Assembly (NCBI GenBank): GCA_037143195.1
Contig: JBAWZD010000003.1
Coordinates: 5,333-69,332, forward strand
Origin: a bacterium
GTDB lineage: Bacteria; Patescibacteriota; Minisyncoccia; Phycocordibacterales; UBA9973
DNA: 64,000 nt
Direction of reading: 5' to 3'
Positions 48,472-56,239 of the stretch are shown one piece after another (within the stretch, counting starts at the first letter, position 1; each line of letters begins with the position of its first letter). The notes under the pieces are model-generated. The model did no database searches. It was not told where the DNA came from and saw nothing but the letters and a program-made list of their open reading frames with translations. A program made the position numbers and the translations under genes.

Positions 48472-49956
48472 CCTATCAGGGCATTCTGCCCAATTTAATA
48501 GCTCGTTGAATGGAGAACGTATTGTAAACTCTAGGTTTTTTGCCTGTACAGTCGGGTTCTGAAGTAGATAATTCAAGAATGCTCGTTTTTCGCTTGGTTC
48601 GGAACTTTCAAATATATCCCTTGAGCGTCGAGCCAATGAACACACTGTTGCTACAGTTGTTTGGTAATCATGGTCACCCCTACTGTGTTCTTCAAGTTCG
48701 CGGTTCAAGAGCTGAATGCTGTTGTAGTACTGTTGATGCTTTTTGTCGTACACCTCTTTCGTTATATTTTTGTCCAAAAATGCTTCAAGTAGATTATCGT
48801 CCCTTTGCTTTGTGCGCTCATACTCAGCGTTTATACGGGCAAGTTGTGCCTTGTGAAAGATAGTCTCTGCCTCAGTCGTTTTACGCAGTTCCTGAACGAT
48901 GTATGCTTGGTCTTTTGCTGTAATTTTTTCAAGTCGGTCAAAGACTTCGTACACGGTTTCTAGCAGTGAACTTTCTGAAACATAAGTACGCTGGCAGTTT
49001 CCTTTTCCGTTCGTACATGAGTAATATACAAAAACCAGACCGCTTTTTTTCTGGTGCATTTCTGGTGTCATTGAACAACCGCAATCTTTGCAGGTTAATA
49101 GAGCCTTGAAAATAAAATCTTTTGAAACAAACTTTGGACGATTGTTACACTTCTTGTTTTTAATTTCTTGGCATTTATCAAAAAGCTCCTTGTTGATAAG
49201 GCATTGATACTTATGTGAGTAGGGAGGGTATTTTGCAGACTGAGCTACTCCATAATAAAAAGTATCGTTCAAAATATTTTCGATACAACTTCTTGGGGGA
49301 GTAAGCCCGCCAGAACTTTTTAATCCCATTCTTATTGCTTCACGAAGAAGGGTCTCGAGTGAATAGTTGCCAGTTGAATATAATTCAAAGAGTCTTACTA
49401 TGATAGATGCTCTTTCTGGGTCTGGAATAATGTTTTTCTTTCCATCGATATCTGTAGTACGAATATATCCTAGGGGTGGTTTGCTTGGATATACACCTTC
49501 GCGCCTCATTTTTTCATATGCACGCTTTACGTTGTCACTAATTGAGTTTGAATAATACTGAGCAAGACTAACAGCGATATTGAAATGGAATAGGTCTGTT
49601 GCTGGCGAATCCTTATGAAGGATGAGATTGTCTGACGGAAAATGAAGTTCAATTTTCCCGTCTCGTCGGAGTTTTTCAAGCGTTGGTAGTCCTACCAAAA
49701 AATCACGGGTAAGTCGGTCTACTTTGTCGCAACAAAATGCGACGACCTCTTTTTGTGAGACGATATAGGCAACTACATTATCAAATTCTTTTCGGTGTTC
49801 TTTGTAGGCTGATTCATCGAAAATATACTCCATATCAAGTATAAGTTGTGGTTTGCGCTCAATGTACGAACGTAGACGGTCTTGTTGGGCTGGTAGAGAG
49901 TTACCAGCCTCTTTTTGTTCCTCAGTCGATACTCTCGCTAGTATTATTGCTTTCAT
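48442..49956 (-). CDS. large serine recombinase (integrase); stop codon lies inside tRNA-His
   Basis: ILARVSTEEQ catalytic Ser, DKVDRLTR, recombinase domain (PPLGY), CKDCG...YYSC zinc ribbon, coiled coil. Confidence 0.95.
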   Translation of the reverse strand: MKAIILARVSTEEQKEAGNSLPAQQDRLRSYIERKPQLILDMEYIFDESAYKEHRKEFDNVVAYIVSQKEVVAFCCDKVDRLTRDFLVGLPTLEKLRRDGKIELHFPSDNLILHKDSPATDLFHFNIAVSLAQYYSNSISDNVKRAYEKMRREGVYPSKPPLGYIRTTDIDGKKNIIPDPERASIIVRLFELYSTGNYSLETLLREAIRMGLKSSGGLTPPRSCIENILNDTFYYGVAQSAKYPPYSHKYQCLINKELFDKCQEIKNKKCNNRPKFVSKDFIFKALLTCKDCGCSMTPEMHQKKSGLVFVYYSCTNGKGNCQRTYVSESSLLETVYEVFDRLEKITAKDQAYIVQELRKTTEAETIFHKAQLARINAEYERTKQRDDNLLEAFLDKNITKEVYDKKHQQYYNSIQLLNRELEEHSRGDHDYQTTVATVCSLARRSRDIFESSEPSEKRAFLNYLLQNPTVQAKNLEFTIRSPFNELLNWAECPDRGAYRESNSN

Positions 49957-49960
49957 TTAG

Positions 49961-50137
49961 TTATCTTGTGCTTGTTTCTTTTAAGAAATCGTTAAAGCTT
50001 TTTTTGTCTATCCTAAAATCTCGCCCAATTTTGTGTGCTTTCAAGCGACCAGCTTTTATATAACGGTAGATTGTCATAATATTTACCTCAAGTAACTGGG
50101 CGAGCTCCTCGGCACGATAAAATTCTTTATCTTTCAT
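49961..50137 (-). CDS. excisionase-like HTH (MerR/HTH_17) protein, 58 aa, not in the ORF track
   Basis: Translated by hand: MKDKEFYRAEELAQLLEVNIMTIYRYIKAGRLKAHKIGRDFRIDKKSFNDFLKETSTR; ends 4 nt before the integrase ATG. Confidence 0.88.
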   Translation of the reverse strand: MKDKEFYRAEELAQLLEVNIMTIYRYIKAGRLKAHKIGRDFRIDKKSFNDFLKETSTR

Positions 50138-50161
50138 CTATTAAGTATACTTTACACTGCT

Positions 50162-50302
50162 TTACATTGCAATTTTACTTTTTGAGGCTTTGTGTTCAAC
50201 GACTTGTTCTGAAATTAACGGATTGTAATATTCATTAATCAAATTTTTGAGGTCTTGATGAGATTTTTTTACTCCGCTAAGTGTCTTTTTATTGTCTTTC
50301 AT
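50162..50302 (-). CDS. 46-aa hypothetical ORF
   Basis: MKDNKKTLSGVKKSHQDLKNLINEYYNPLISEQVVEHKASKSKIAM; tightly packed between neighbours. Confidence 0.4.
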   Translation of the reverse strand: MKDNKKTLSGVKKSHQDLKNLINEYYNPLISEQVVEHKASKSKIAM

Positions 50303-50308
50303 TGTTTG

Positions 50309-50503
50309 TTATTTACATTCTGGCTGATAATTTTTTATGCACTTACTAATCATGTGTATCCAGTGAGGTGGAATTACTTTTACTGGGTAGAGTTCTGGGT
50401 TTACTCGCTTATCGACCTTGAGGAGTAATTCAAAGAAACCCACAAGAACTCGCTTTTCTTGCGGATTGAGTTTGCTAAGTGAACTTTCTGACTCAGTACT
50501 CAT
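50309..50503 (-). CDS. small hypothetical protein
   Basis: 64 aa with LVGFFELLLKVDKRVNPELY; co-oriented in the leftward operon. Confidence 0.6.
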   Translation of the reverse strand: MSTESESSLSKLNPQEKRVLVGFFELLLKVDKRVNPELYPVKVIPPHWIHMISKCIKNYQPECK

Positions 50504-50512
50504 TTACTAAAT

Positions 50513-50767
50513 TTATTCTCGCCTTGAGCGATTTTCACTACTAAAATCGCCCGCTACACGCTTGTTTGTGAGAAGGTACAAATGGTCAATCAATGCTTTC
50601 GTGTCCGACCTTTCGTATTCATCACGAGGAATCAATTTTTTGAATGCAGGCACAAGACACTTTCGAGAAAATCCTCGAGTCTTAACTGCTTCAGCAAGAC
50701 AGATAAATGCACCCCAGCATGGCTGGCGTTTTTCTTGTTCTGTAAATCTTGCTTTGATACTTCTCAC
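50513..50767 (-). CDS. small hypothetical protein
   Basis: 84 aa, GTG start, first gene of the leftward operon. Confidence 0.6.
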   Translation of the reverse strand: MRSIKARFTEQEKRQPCWGAFICLAEAVKTRGFSRKCLVPAFKKLIPRDEYERSDTKALIDHLYLLTNKRVAGDFSSENRSRRE

Positions 50768-50870
50768 GTCAGAAATCGTAGCAAACGACCTTTTTAGAAA
50801 AATGAAAAAGTGGGGATTACTTTTTTTCTAGTAAAAAAACCTTAAAAATGTATAATAAAAATACAATTTA

Positions 50871-51036
50871 ATAGATTAGACCTAAACTCATTCGGCAACG
50901 AGTGAGCATGGTTAATGAAGTCAAGAGATGCATAAAGAACCCATCAAAATTGGGGTTGCATCTCTTGCCGTATCTGGAAACGGATACGGAGGGTCTAATA
51001 GCCCTCACCTTATTTTGGTGGGCTTTTTGCGTCTAT
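50871..51036 (+). ncRNA. multi-stem structured RNA with terminator
   Basis: P1 ATTAGACCT/GGGTCTAAT closes CTCATTCG-GCAA-CGAGTGAG, CAAGAGATGCA/TGCATCTCTTG and CCGTATCTG-GAAA-CGGATACGG; terminator 51000-51028; TATAAT at 50851. Confidence 0.7.
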
Positions 51037-51064
51037 ATCAAGGATTATTAATTAACTCAAAGTT

Positions 51065-51955
51065 ATGAATAAGAAAAAAATAAGTGTTGGCTTAATTGTA
51101 TTATCGCTTGCAGTTTTAACTATTCCCCAAGTTACTTTTGCTTCATGGTGGAATCCATTTAGCTGGAGTATTTTCCACAAGAAGTCAGTCGCAACACAAA
51201 CGGTCCCGACCATTCCAAGCTCGTCACAGACGACAGCGACAAAGCCACTGAGCGACGACTATAGCGTACTAGCAAAAAGATATGGCGGTAACCAAACCCA
51301 AGCGCAAAAAGTTGTTCCAGTGACCGTATCCGCAGTGACAGAACCAGAGGACATTACCGCATACCGTAAACAAACTGATTCGGCTTACGCTGATGAAATC
51401 AATAAATTCAACATTGCTCTTGTCGTCGAAAGTGTGCCGAAGAATTTTATAGACAGCAAAATTTCTGAATTAAATGACGATATTACACAAGGTCAGGGAT
51501 TTAAGCTTGGCAATCCAAATTCTGCCGAAGCGGTTGATTATATGGCTACTGTTTACAATAATCAGTTAGAGTTTGAAAAAAAGTATTTCGATGCTGAAGC
51601 ATCTATTATTAAATGGATACAGGATTCTAAAAATAATATGGAGGCATCAAAATCAAAGCTTTCTACTTTGAACACGAAAGAACAGATAGATAACGAGGTT
51701 CAGAAAATTAAATTTTACGATGACAATTTAGCACAGGCTCAGAATTCATCAAAAAAGTGGAGTGATACTTCACACTCAACACAGGTTAAAATTGATGGCA
51801 TAATCGCTGGACTATCAAGCTATTACTCATCAGGAGTAGCTTCAAATAATGCACCATCAATTAATGTAACCTACCCTCAAACTTTTTTGCCAACAAGTTT
51901 CAATTGCACAAGTAGCAAAGATGTTCTTGGGGGTGTTCAGACTCAGTGCTACTAA
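51065..51955 (+). CDS. secreted protein with ASWWNPFSW motif and coiled-coil body
   Basis: Signal peptide ending TFA|SWWNPFSW; helical body; C-terminal Cys pair. Confidence 0.8.
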   Translation: MNKKKISVGLIVLSLAVLTIPQVTFASWWNPFSWSIFHKKSVATQTVPTIPSSSQTTATKPLSDDYSVLAKRYGGNQTQAQKVVPVTVSAVTEPEDITAYRKQTDSAYADEINKFNIALVVESVPKNFIDSKISELNDDITQGQGFKLGNPNSAEAVDYMATVYNNQLEFEKKYFDAEASIIKWIQDSKNNMEASKSKLSTLNTKEQIDNEVQKIKFYDDNLAQAQNSSKKWSDTSHSTQVKIDGIIAGLSSYYSSGVASNNAPSINVTYPQTFLPTSFNCTSSKDVLGGVQTQCY

Positions 51956-52037
51956 AGTCATAAACCTGTAGGACCATTCAATTTAATTTGTATGAGTATG
52001 GTTATGTCGCAGGTAAATCGCTTTCCTGTCGCTGTTG

Positions 52038-52469
52038 TTAATGGGGAATACCTAGTGTGGTGAGGTCAACTATCGGCTCAGGTAGCTGGTCGAACGCCAG
52101 CTTCATATTTTTCGTTACTCGATTGTTCACACGATTGTATTCACGAATTGCTCCAAGCTTTGCACTCAAATCTTCTTTTTGGACAATGAGCCACGCAAGC
52201 TCGGAATCTACCGCCTTCTCGTCAATCAGTTCATTCAGGAGGTCTTGTATACGCTTGATAATGTCATCATTTCTCATCAATCGTGAACCAGACACGGCGC
52301 AGTAATGTTTGAGCCTGTCCTTTTTCTCAGTGCTCTCTAAAGCCTCAAAATCGTGTCCATAGGCTTCTGAATATGAAAGAGTGGCATTACCGAAGGTTGT
52401 TCCAGTTCTGGTGTACGCACGACAAAATAGCTCTTGTTCAGTATTTATATTTTTTGTTTCTTCGTTCAT
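52038..52469 (-). CDS. terminase small subunit-like protein
   Basis: EQELFCRAY...GNATLSYSEAYG...AVSGSRLMRNDDIIKRIQDL matches the TerS N-terminal HTH pattern. Confidence 0.72.
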   Translation of the reverse strand: MNEETKNINTEQELFCRAYTRTGTTFGNATLSYSEAYGHDFEALESTEKKDRLKHYCAVSGSRLMRNDDIIKRIQDLLNELIDEKAVDSELAWLIVQKEDLSAKLGAIREYNRVNNRVTKNMKLAFDQLPEPIVDLTTLGIPH

Positions 52470-52928
52470 TCTTTGTGTATTTCCTTCAATCTATGCTTAG
52501 TGTATCCAATTCTCACCTCTACTCCACCAACTTATCAGGTTGAGACAGAAACGCCCTCTAGCCCTAATAAACTAGATTGATTTAGTGTGCATTTGGTCCG
52601 TTGTATCTCGGTACACACTCACGCAATTCTCTAACCTCTCCAAAACTAGGGGGAACTCCCACATCATCGTTTCTCTTGAAGCCGTACTCCGCAAAACTCA
52701 ACGCATGTTCAATGTAAAGTCTTGTGCGATGGGGAAGCTCATCAGTATATCGACAGTTTCCGCCCTCATCCCCGAATTATATCTTGGTTTCAAATCAGGC
52801 TCGGGTTTCGCCACCTGAATCATTTGTATATTATACCACATTTTGCTCAAAACACGAAATAATGGTCTAATTGTTTACATTATCGAATATTTACGTTAAC
52901 CTTAATCGGAGGCTAGAACATAAAAAAT

Positions 52929-54176
52929 ATGCAAACATTTGGATTTATAAAGAACTGGAAATACTTGGACGAGAAGGTTGCAGATGAGGACTTGCTAGAA
53001 ATGTCAGAAGAAGTCGAAGCTTTTTCTGTAAGATTGAACTCACTTAAACCGAATACTATATTAGGTTTTGTCGGCAAATTCGGTATTGGCAAAAGCACGC
53101 TTTTAAAAAAGGTTCAAAAACAGAGACTTCAAGCTGGTAATAACGAAAAATGGATACTATTTGAAGCATGGCAATTCCCAGACCGAAAAGACCTTTGGGA
53201 CGGACTAGTGCTTGAAACAGCAAGACAAGTAGGTGAAGCACAGCTAAAACGTACAAAAACTGAATTAGATGGAACTGGAGGTGGAACGAAAAAGGCACTA
53301 ATCTCAATTGCAAGTACTGTTTTAAGTGCCGTCAACCCATTGTTTGGAGCTATAAGCGGTCTTGAAAATTTCGTTAATAATTCTCCCTCTCGACGAGTAT
53401 TTGAGATTCAGGAAGTGTTCAAGGGAATTTTAGAAAAAATTGAAGAACAAACAGTAATTTTTGTTACCGAAGATGTAGACCGTTCTGGTCCAGCAGGAAT
53501 TTTTTTCTTAGAAACATTTAAACAATTCTTAAGTACGCTTGAAACGAAGAAGAAAATTATAGTTATTTCTCCTGTGGCAGAGAGTAGTTTTAATGAGCAT
53601 GTAGACGCATTCCTCAAATGTTTAGATTTTGTCGAGTTTTACTCAAAGCATAAAAAAGTGAGTCTTAGAAAATTCGTGAATGAGATACTTATCGACCAGA
53701 ATGAAAATAAGGTTGTTACTGATTTTTTACAGTACTTGTTTGTAGAACATCCTGATTTGACGATGCGAAAAATTAAGTTGATTCTAAGACAAGCAAATCA
53801 GAGTTTTTATGATTTAAAAAATTCTGGCTACAAACCCGATTATTTGGTTTGCATTTCAGTGAGTGCTTCAAAATATATATTATTTGATAAGGAAAGGGAA
53901 ATTTCATACTTTGATAGTTTTGTAAGTCGGGGTTGTTTTGTCCAAAATAATGAGTTTAATCGATTGATTTGCATGACAAGCTCAAATATAAGAGGGAGTA
54001 ATATCGGCTTCCTTGATAGCGATGGAAACCTAGGAAAAACAACCGATATTTATTTTTCAAAACGTGACACACCAGAGAATGATAAATCTTTTCCCTCAGT
54101 TCTGACTCTTGCATCGTATGGCTTCGAGTTCGACGGTACAGCAAGAAATTATATTCCTGATTTTTATCTAGCATAG
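52929..54176 (+). CDS. KAP-family P-loop NTPase
   Basis: GFVGKFGIGKST Walker A, LFEAWQF, IFVTEDVDRS Walker B, FLETFK, FLKCLD, MRKIK. Confidence 0.85.
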   Translation: MQTFGFIKNWKYLDEKVADEDLLEMSEEVEAFSVRLNSLKPNTILGFVGKFGIGKSTLLKKVQKQRLQAGNNEKWILFEAWQFPDRKDLWDGLVLETARQVGEAQLKRTKTELDGTGGGTKKALISIASTVLSAVNPLFGAISGLENFVNNSPSRRVFEIQEVFKGILEKIEEQTVIFVTEDVDRSGPAGIFFLETFKQFLSTLETKKKIIVISPVAESSFNEHVDAFLKCLDFVEFYSKHKKVSLRKFVNEILIDQNENKVVTDFLQYLFVEHPDLTMRKIKLILRQANQSFYDLKNSGYKPDYLVCISVSASKYILFDKEREISYFDSFVSRGCFVQNNEFNRLICMTSSNIRGSNIGFLDSDGNLGKTTDIYFSKRDTPENDKSFPSVLTLASYGFEFDGTARNYIPDFYLA

Positions 54177-54199
54177 ATTTTATCTTCCTATTAAACAAA

Positions 54200-54949
54200 A
54201 TGAATTTTTTACACCAGCTATATTACTTATTTGTGTATTTAGCTAATTTCGTTTTTAGAAAAAATATTCTTCATGAGCTAGTTAGTAGTATCACTGTGCT
54301 CATTTCTGTACTGATTCCTTACCTGCTTGTGCGTTATGAAAAAGTTTTTGCGATTAACAAGGATTATCGGGATTTTTTATCACAAGCCGACGTGTATACT
54401 TTGGAATGGTTGAGTGTAACGAATTACAATATTCGTATAATTGATGAATTTCTCGAAGTACTTGCGAAACCTGACGGGGTATATGCGAAAGATTTTCAGT
54501 TTTATGATTTTCCACCGATTGGATTTTTCCGAACCTATAATAGTCAGCTTCTTAATGAATTTTATTTTCAGGTGCGCGGAATTAAGGACCTTGAACATCA
54601 TCTAAAGATGGTAAGTTCAGAATATCTGGCTTATAAACGAATGAGAAGTAATAGAGACGCTATTTTGCCTACGAATGGAAATCATTTTTTTATATTGACA
54701 ATTACGAACGTAAAAGAAAGATTGCCAGAGATTATTGAGGAAATAAAGAATTTGAGAATTAGGGTAAGTCTCTTATTGAGCGAGGTGAACAGGACTGACT
54801 CGCTCAGTATGAAGAAATTCTTTAGTTTTGGTCAAAAAAACAGGCTATGGTATAAGAAGGACCTTCAGTTTACTCTCGAGGAGATTAAGACAGAAGAAAA
54901 GAAATTAGAGGATAGAGACAGTGAAGCCATGGTAAAAAAAAGTTTTTAA
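54200..54949 (+). CDS. hypothetical membrane-anchored protein downstream of the KAP NTPase
   Basis: N-terminal hydrophobic segments, AT-rich coding sequence. Confidence 0.7.
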   Translation: MNFLHQLYYLFVYLANFVFRKNILHELVSSITVLISVLIPYLLVRYEKVFAINKDYRDFLSQADVYTLEWLSVTNYNIRIIDEFLEVLAKPDGVYAKDFQFYDFPPIGFFRTYNSQLLNEFYFQVRGIKDLEHHLKMVSSEYLAYKRMRSNRDAILPTNGNHFFILTITNVKERLPEIIEEIKNLRIRVSLLLSEVNRTDSLSMKKFFSFGQKNRLWYKKDLQFTLEEIKTEEKKLEDRDSEAMVKKSF

Positions 54950-55070
54950 TCAACAAGCTTTTTCATAAGAATAAATTTGGAAAATTTCGAGAAGAGACTT
55001 TGTGTCAGTGGTAATAGCTTTCCAATCTAAAGTTCTGAATGTGTCCAACAAGCGACCCCAATTAGGAATT

Positions 55071-55109
55071 GAACTAAAATATCCCTTAACCACGGGGATT
55101 TTTTAGTTC
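55071..55109 (+). terminator. terminator-like hairpin, probably the original tRNA-His terminator
   Basis: GAACTAAAA.ATCCC...GGGAT.TTTTAGTTC immediately after the inferred attR. Confidence 0.6.
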
Positions 55110-55134
55110 TAACCAAGACTGATATACTTCTCAT

Positions 55135-55974
55135 GTGGAACCAAAAGAGCAAAATATGACACCAGGCCAAATGGCGATTGAAGGTTTGTATCTTATGCCT
55201 GGGATGCAGATCAGATTGGTAAAGTTAGAGGCTGGTAAAGACTCACATATTTCCGTTGGAACAAGTCTAGAGGGAGTACTCGATGCAGATGTACGTATCG
55301 GTCAGCCTATTTACCTCGACGGAAAAACAAAAAACACGAGCCGAATACAAGCCGTAAAAAAGGACGGTGATAGGGTTTTTTTAAAAACCGAAACTTCAGT
55401 TTACGAGCTTGTTCCTCCAACCTCCGATGGATCAAGCGAGCCTAAATCAAAAGAACGCATAGAGCTTGAACATACAATTGAGACTCTCTTGAAAGAAGTT
55501 CAAGCCAATGCTGTTGATGAAAAAATAGTCGGCAGTTTAATTGAGCGACGCCACCAGTTGGGCAGACAAGAAAAAACTGATGCCTCGAAGATCGAGCTTC
55601 AGAAAATCGATACCGAACTAGAAAAACATATTGTTACGGTAAAAACGATAGCCGAGTTTAAGTTGCTCATGGAAAAGATCGGTAGAAATTATTATGCCGT
55701 TATGGGTACTGTCGCGCATGAAAATGCTCACGCGAATATGGCGAGTTCTCTCGGTGCGATCCATTCAGGGTATTCTCTTCTTGTTACTCGAAAAGGGAAT
55801 GACTTTAGCTATCAGCCCATTGCTCTTACGAATGTTAGGGGTGAATGGGATAAAAAAGACCAACTTGAGGCTAATATCAAAATCGCTGGTGCTCCTAAAG
55901 AATATGGTAACAAGCTTTCGCCTGGAGATGAGGAAATGATTGCATCTCTCCGAAAACAGCTTAACAATCTTTAA
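55135..55974 (+). CDS. hypothetical protein with HExxH motif
   Basis: 279 aa; VAHENAH; TATACT just upstream. Confidence 0.7.
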   Translation: MEPKEQNMTPGQMAIEGLYLMPGMQIRLVKLEAGKDSHISVGTSLEGVLDADVRIGQPIYLDGKTKNTSRIQAVKKDGDRVFLKTETSVYELVPPTSDGSSEPKSKERIELEHTIETLLKEVQANAVDEKIVGSLIERRHQLGRQEKTDASKIELQKIDTELEKHIVTVKTIAEFKLLMEKIGRNYYAVMGTVAHENAHANMASSLGAIHSGYSLLVTRKGNDFSYQPIALTNVRGEWDKKDQLEANIKIAGAPKEYGNKLSPGDEEMIASLRKQLNNL

Positions 55975-56239
55975 TTTACAAGTCCATTTAAGTTCGGAAT
56001 ATAGATTGTAGCGTCTTTTCTGCTCAAAAATTGTTCCATCTTGGGATACTTTGTTTTCATGCCGAGGTCCTCAGTTATACATCCAGAGCACCTATACTTG
56101 TCGCTTGGTGAACGAAAGCTTGTTGTTGAAATATAGCGCCTTTAGCGACAAATATTGACAGAGCTCATTTATTGTGAATAATTAATCTTGTTAGATTACA
56201 AGCATAATTCATATCGATGCGATATGATTAATTTACTCT

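Larger units (their letters stand above)
48469..55059. mobile_element. integrated element at tRNA-His (candidate phage satellite)
   Basis: Serine recombinase plus xis at the left end; visibly AT-richer than the flanks; matching ends ACCCCtATcAGG (48469-48480) and ACCCCaATtAGG (55055-55066). Confidence 0.8.

Noticed and set aside
55030-55060. Perfect dyad symmetry of the reconstructed attP
   Set aside because: Only a 5-bp GAATG/CATTC inverted pair is visible and its centre falls at the edge of the ACCCC core, so it was not used as evidence.
55135-56200. Extending the integrated element to include the HExxH gene
   Set aside because: The att-like match, restored CCA, terminator and in-frame integrase tail all place the boundary at about 55059.
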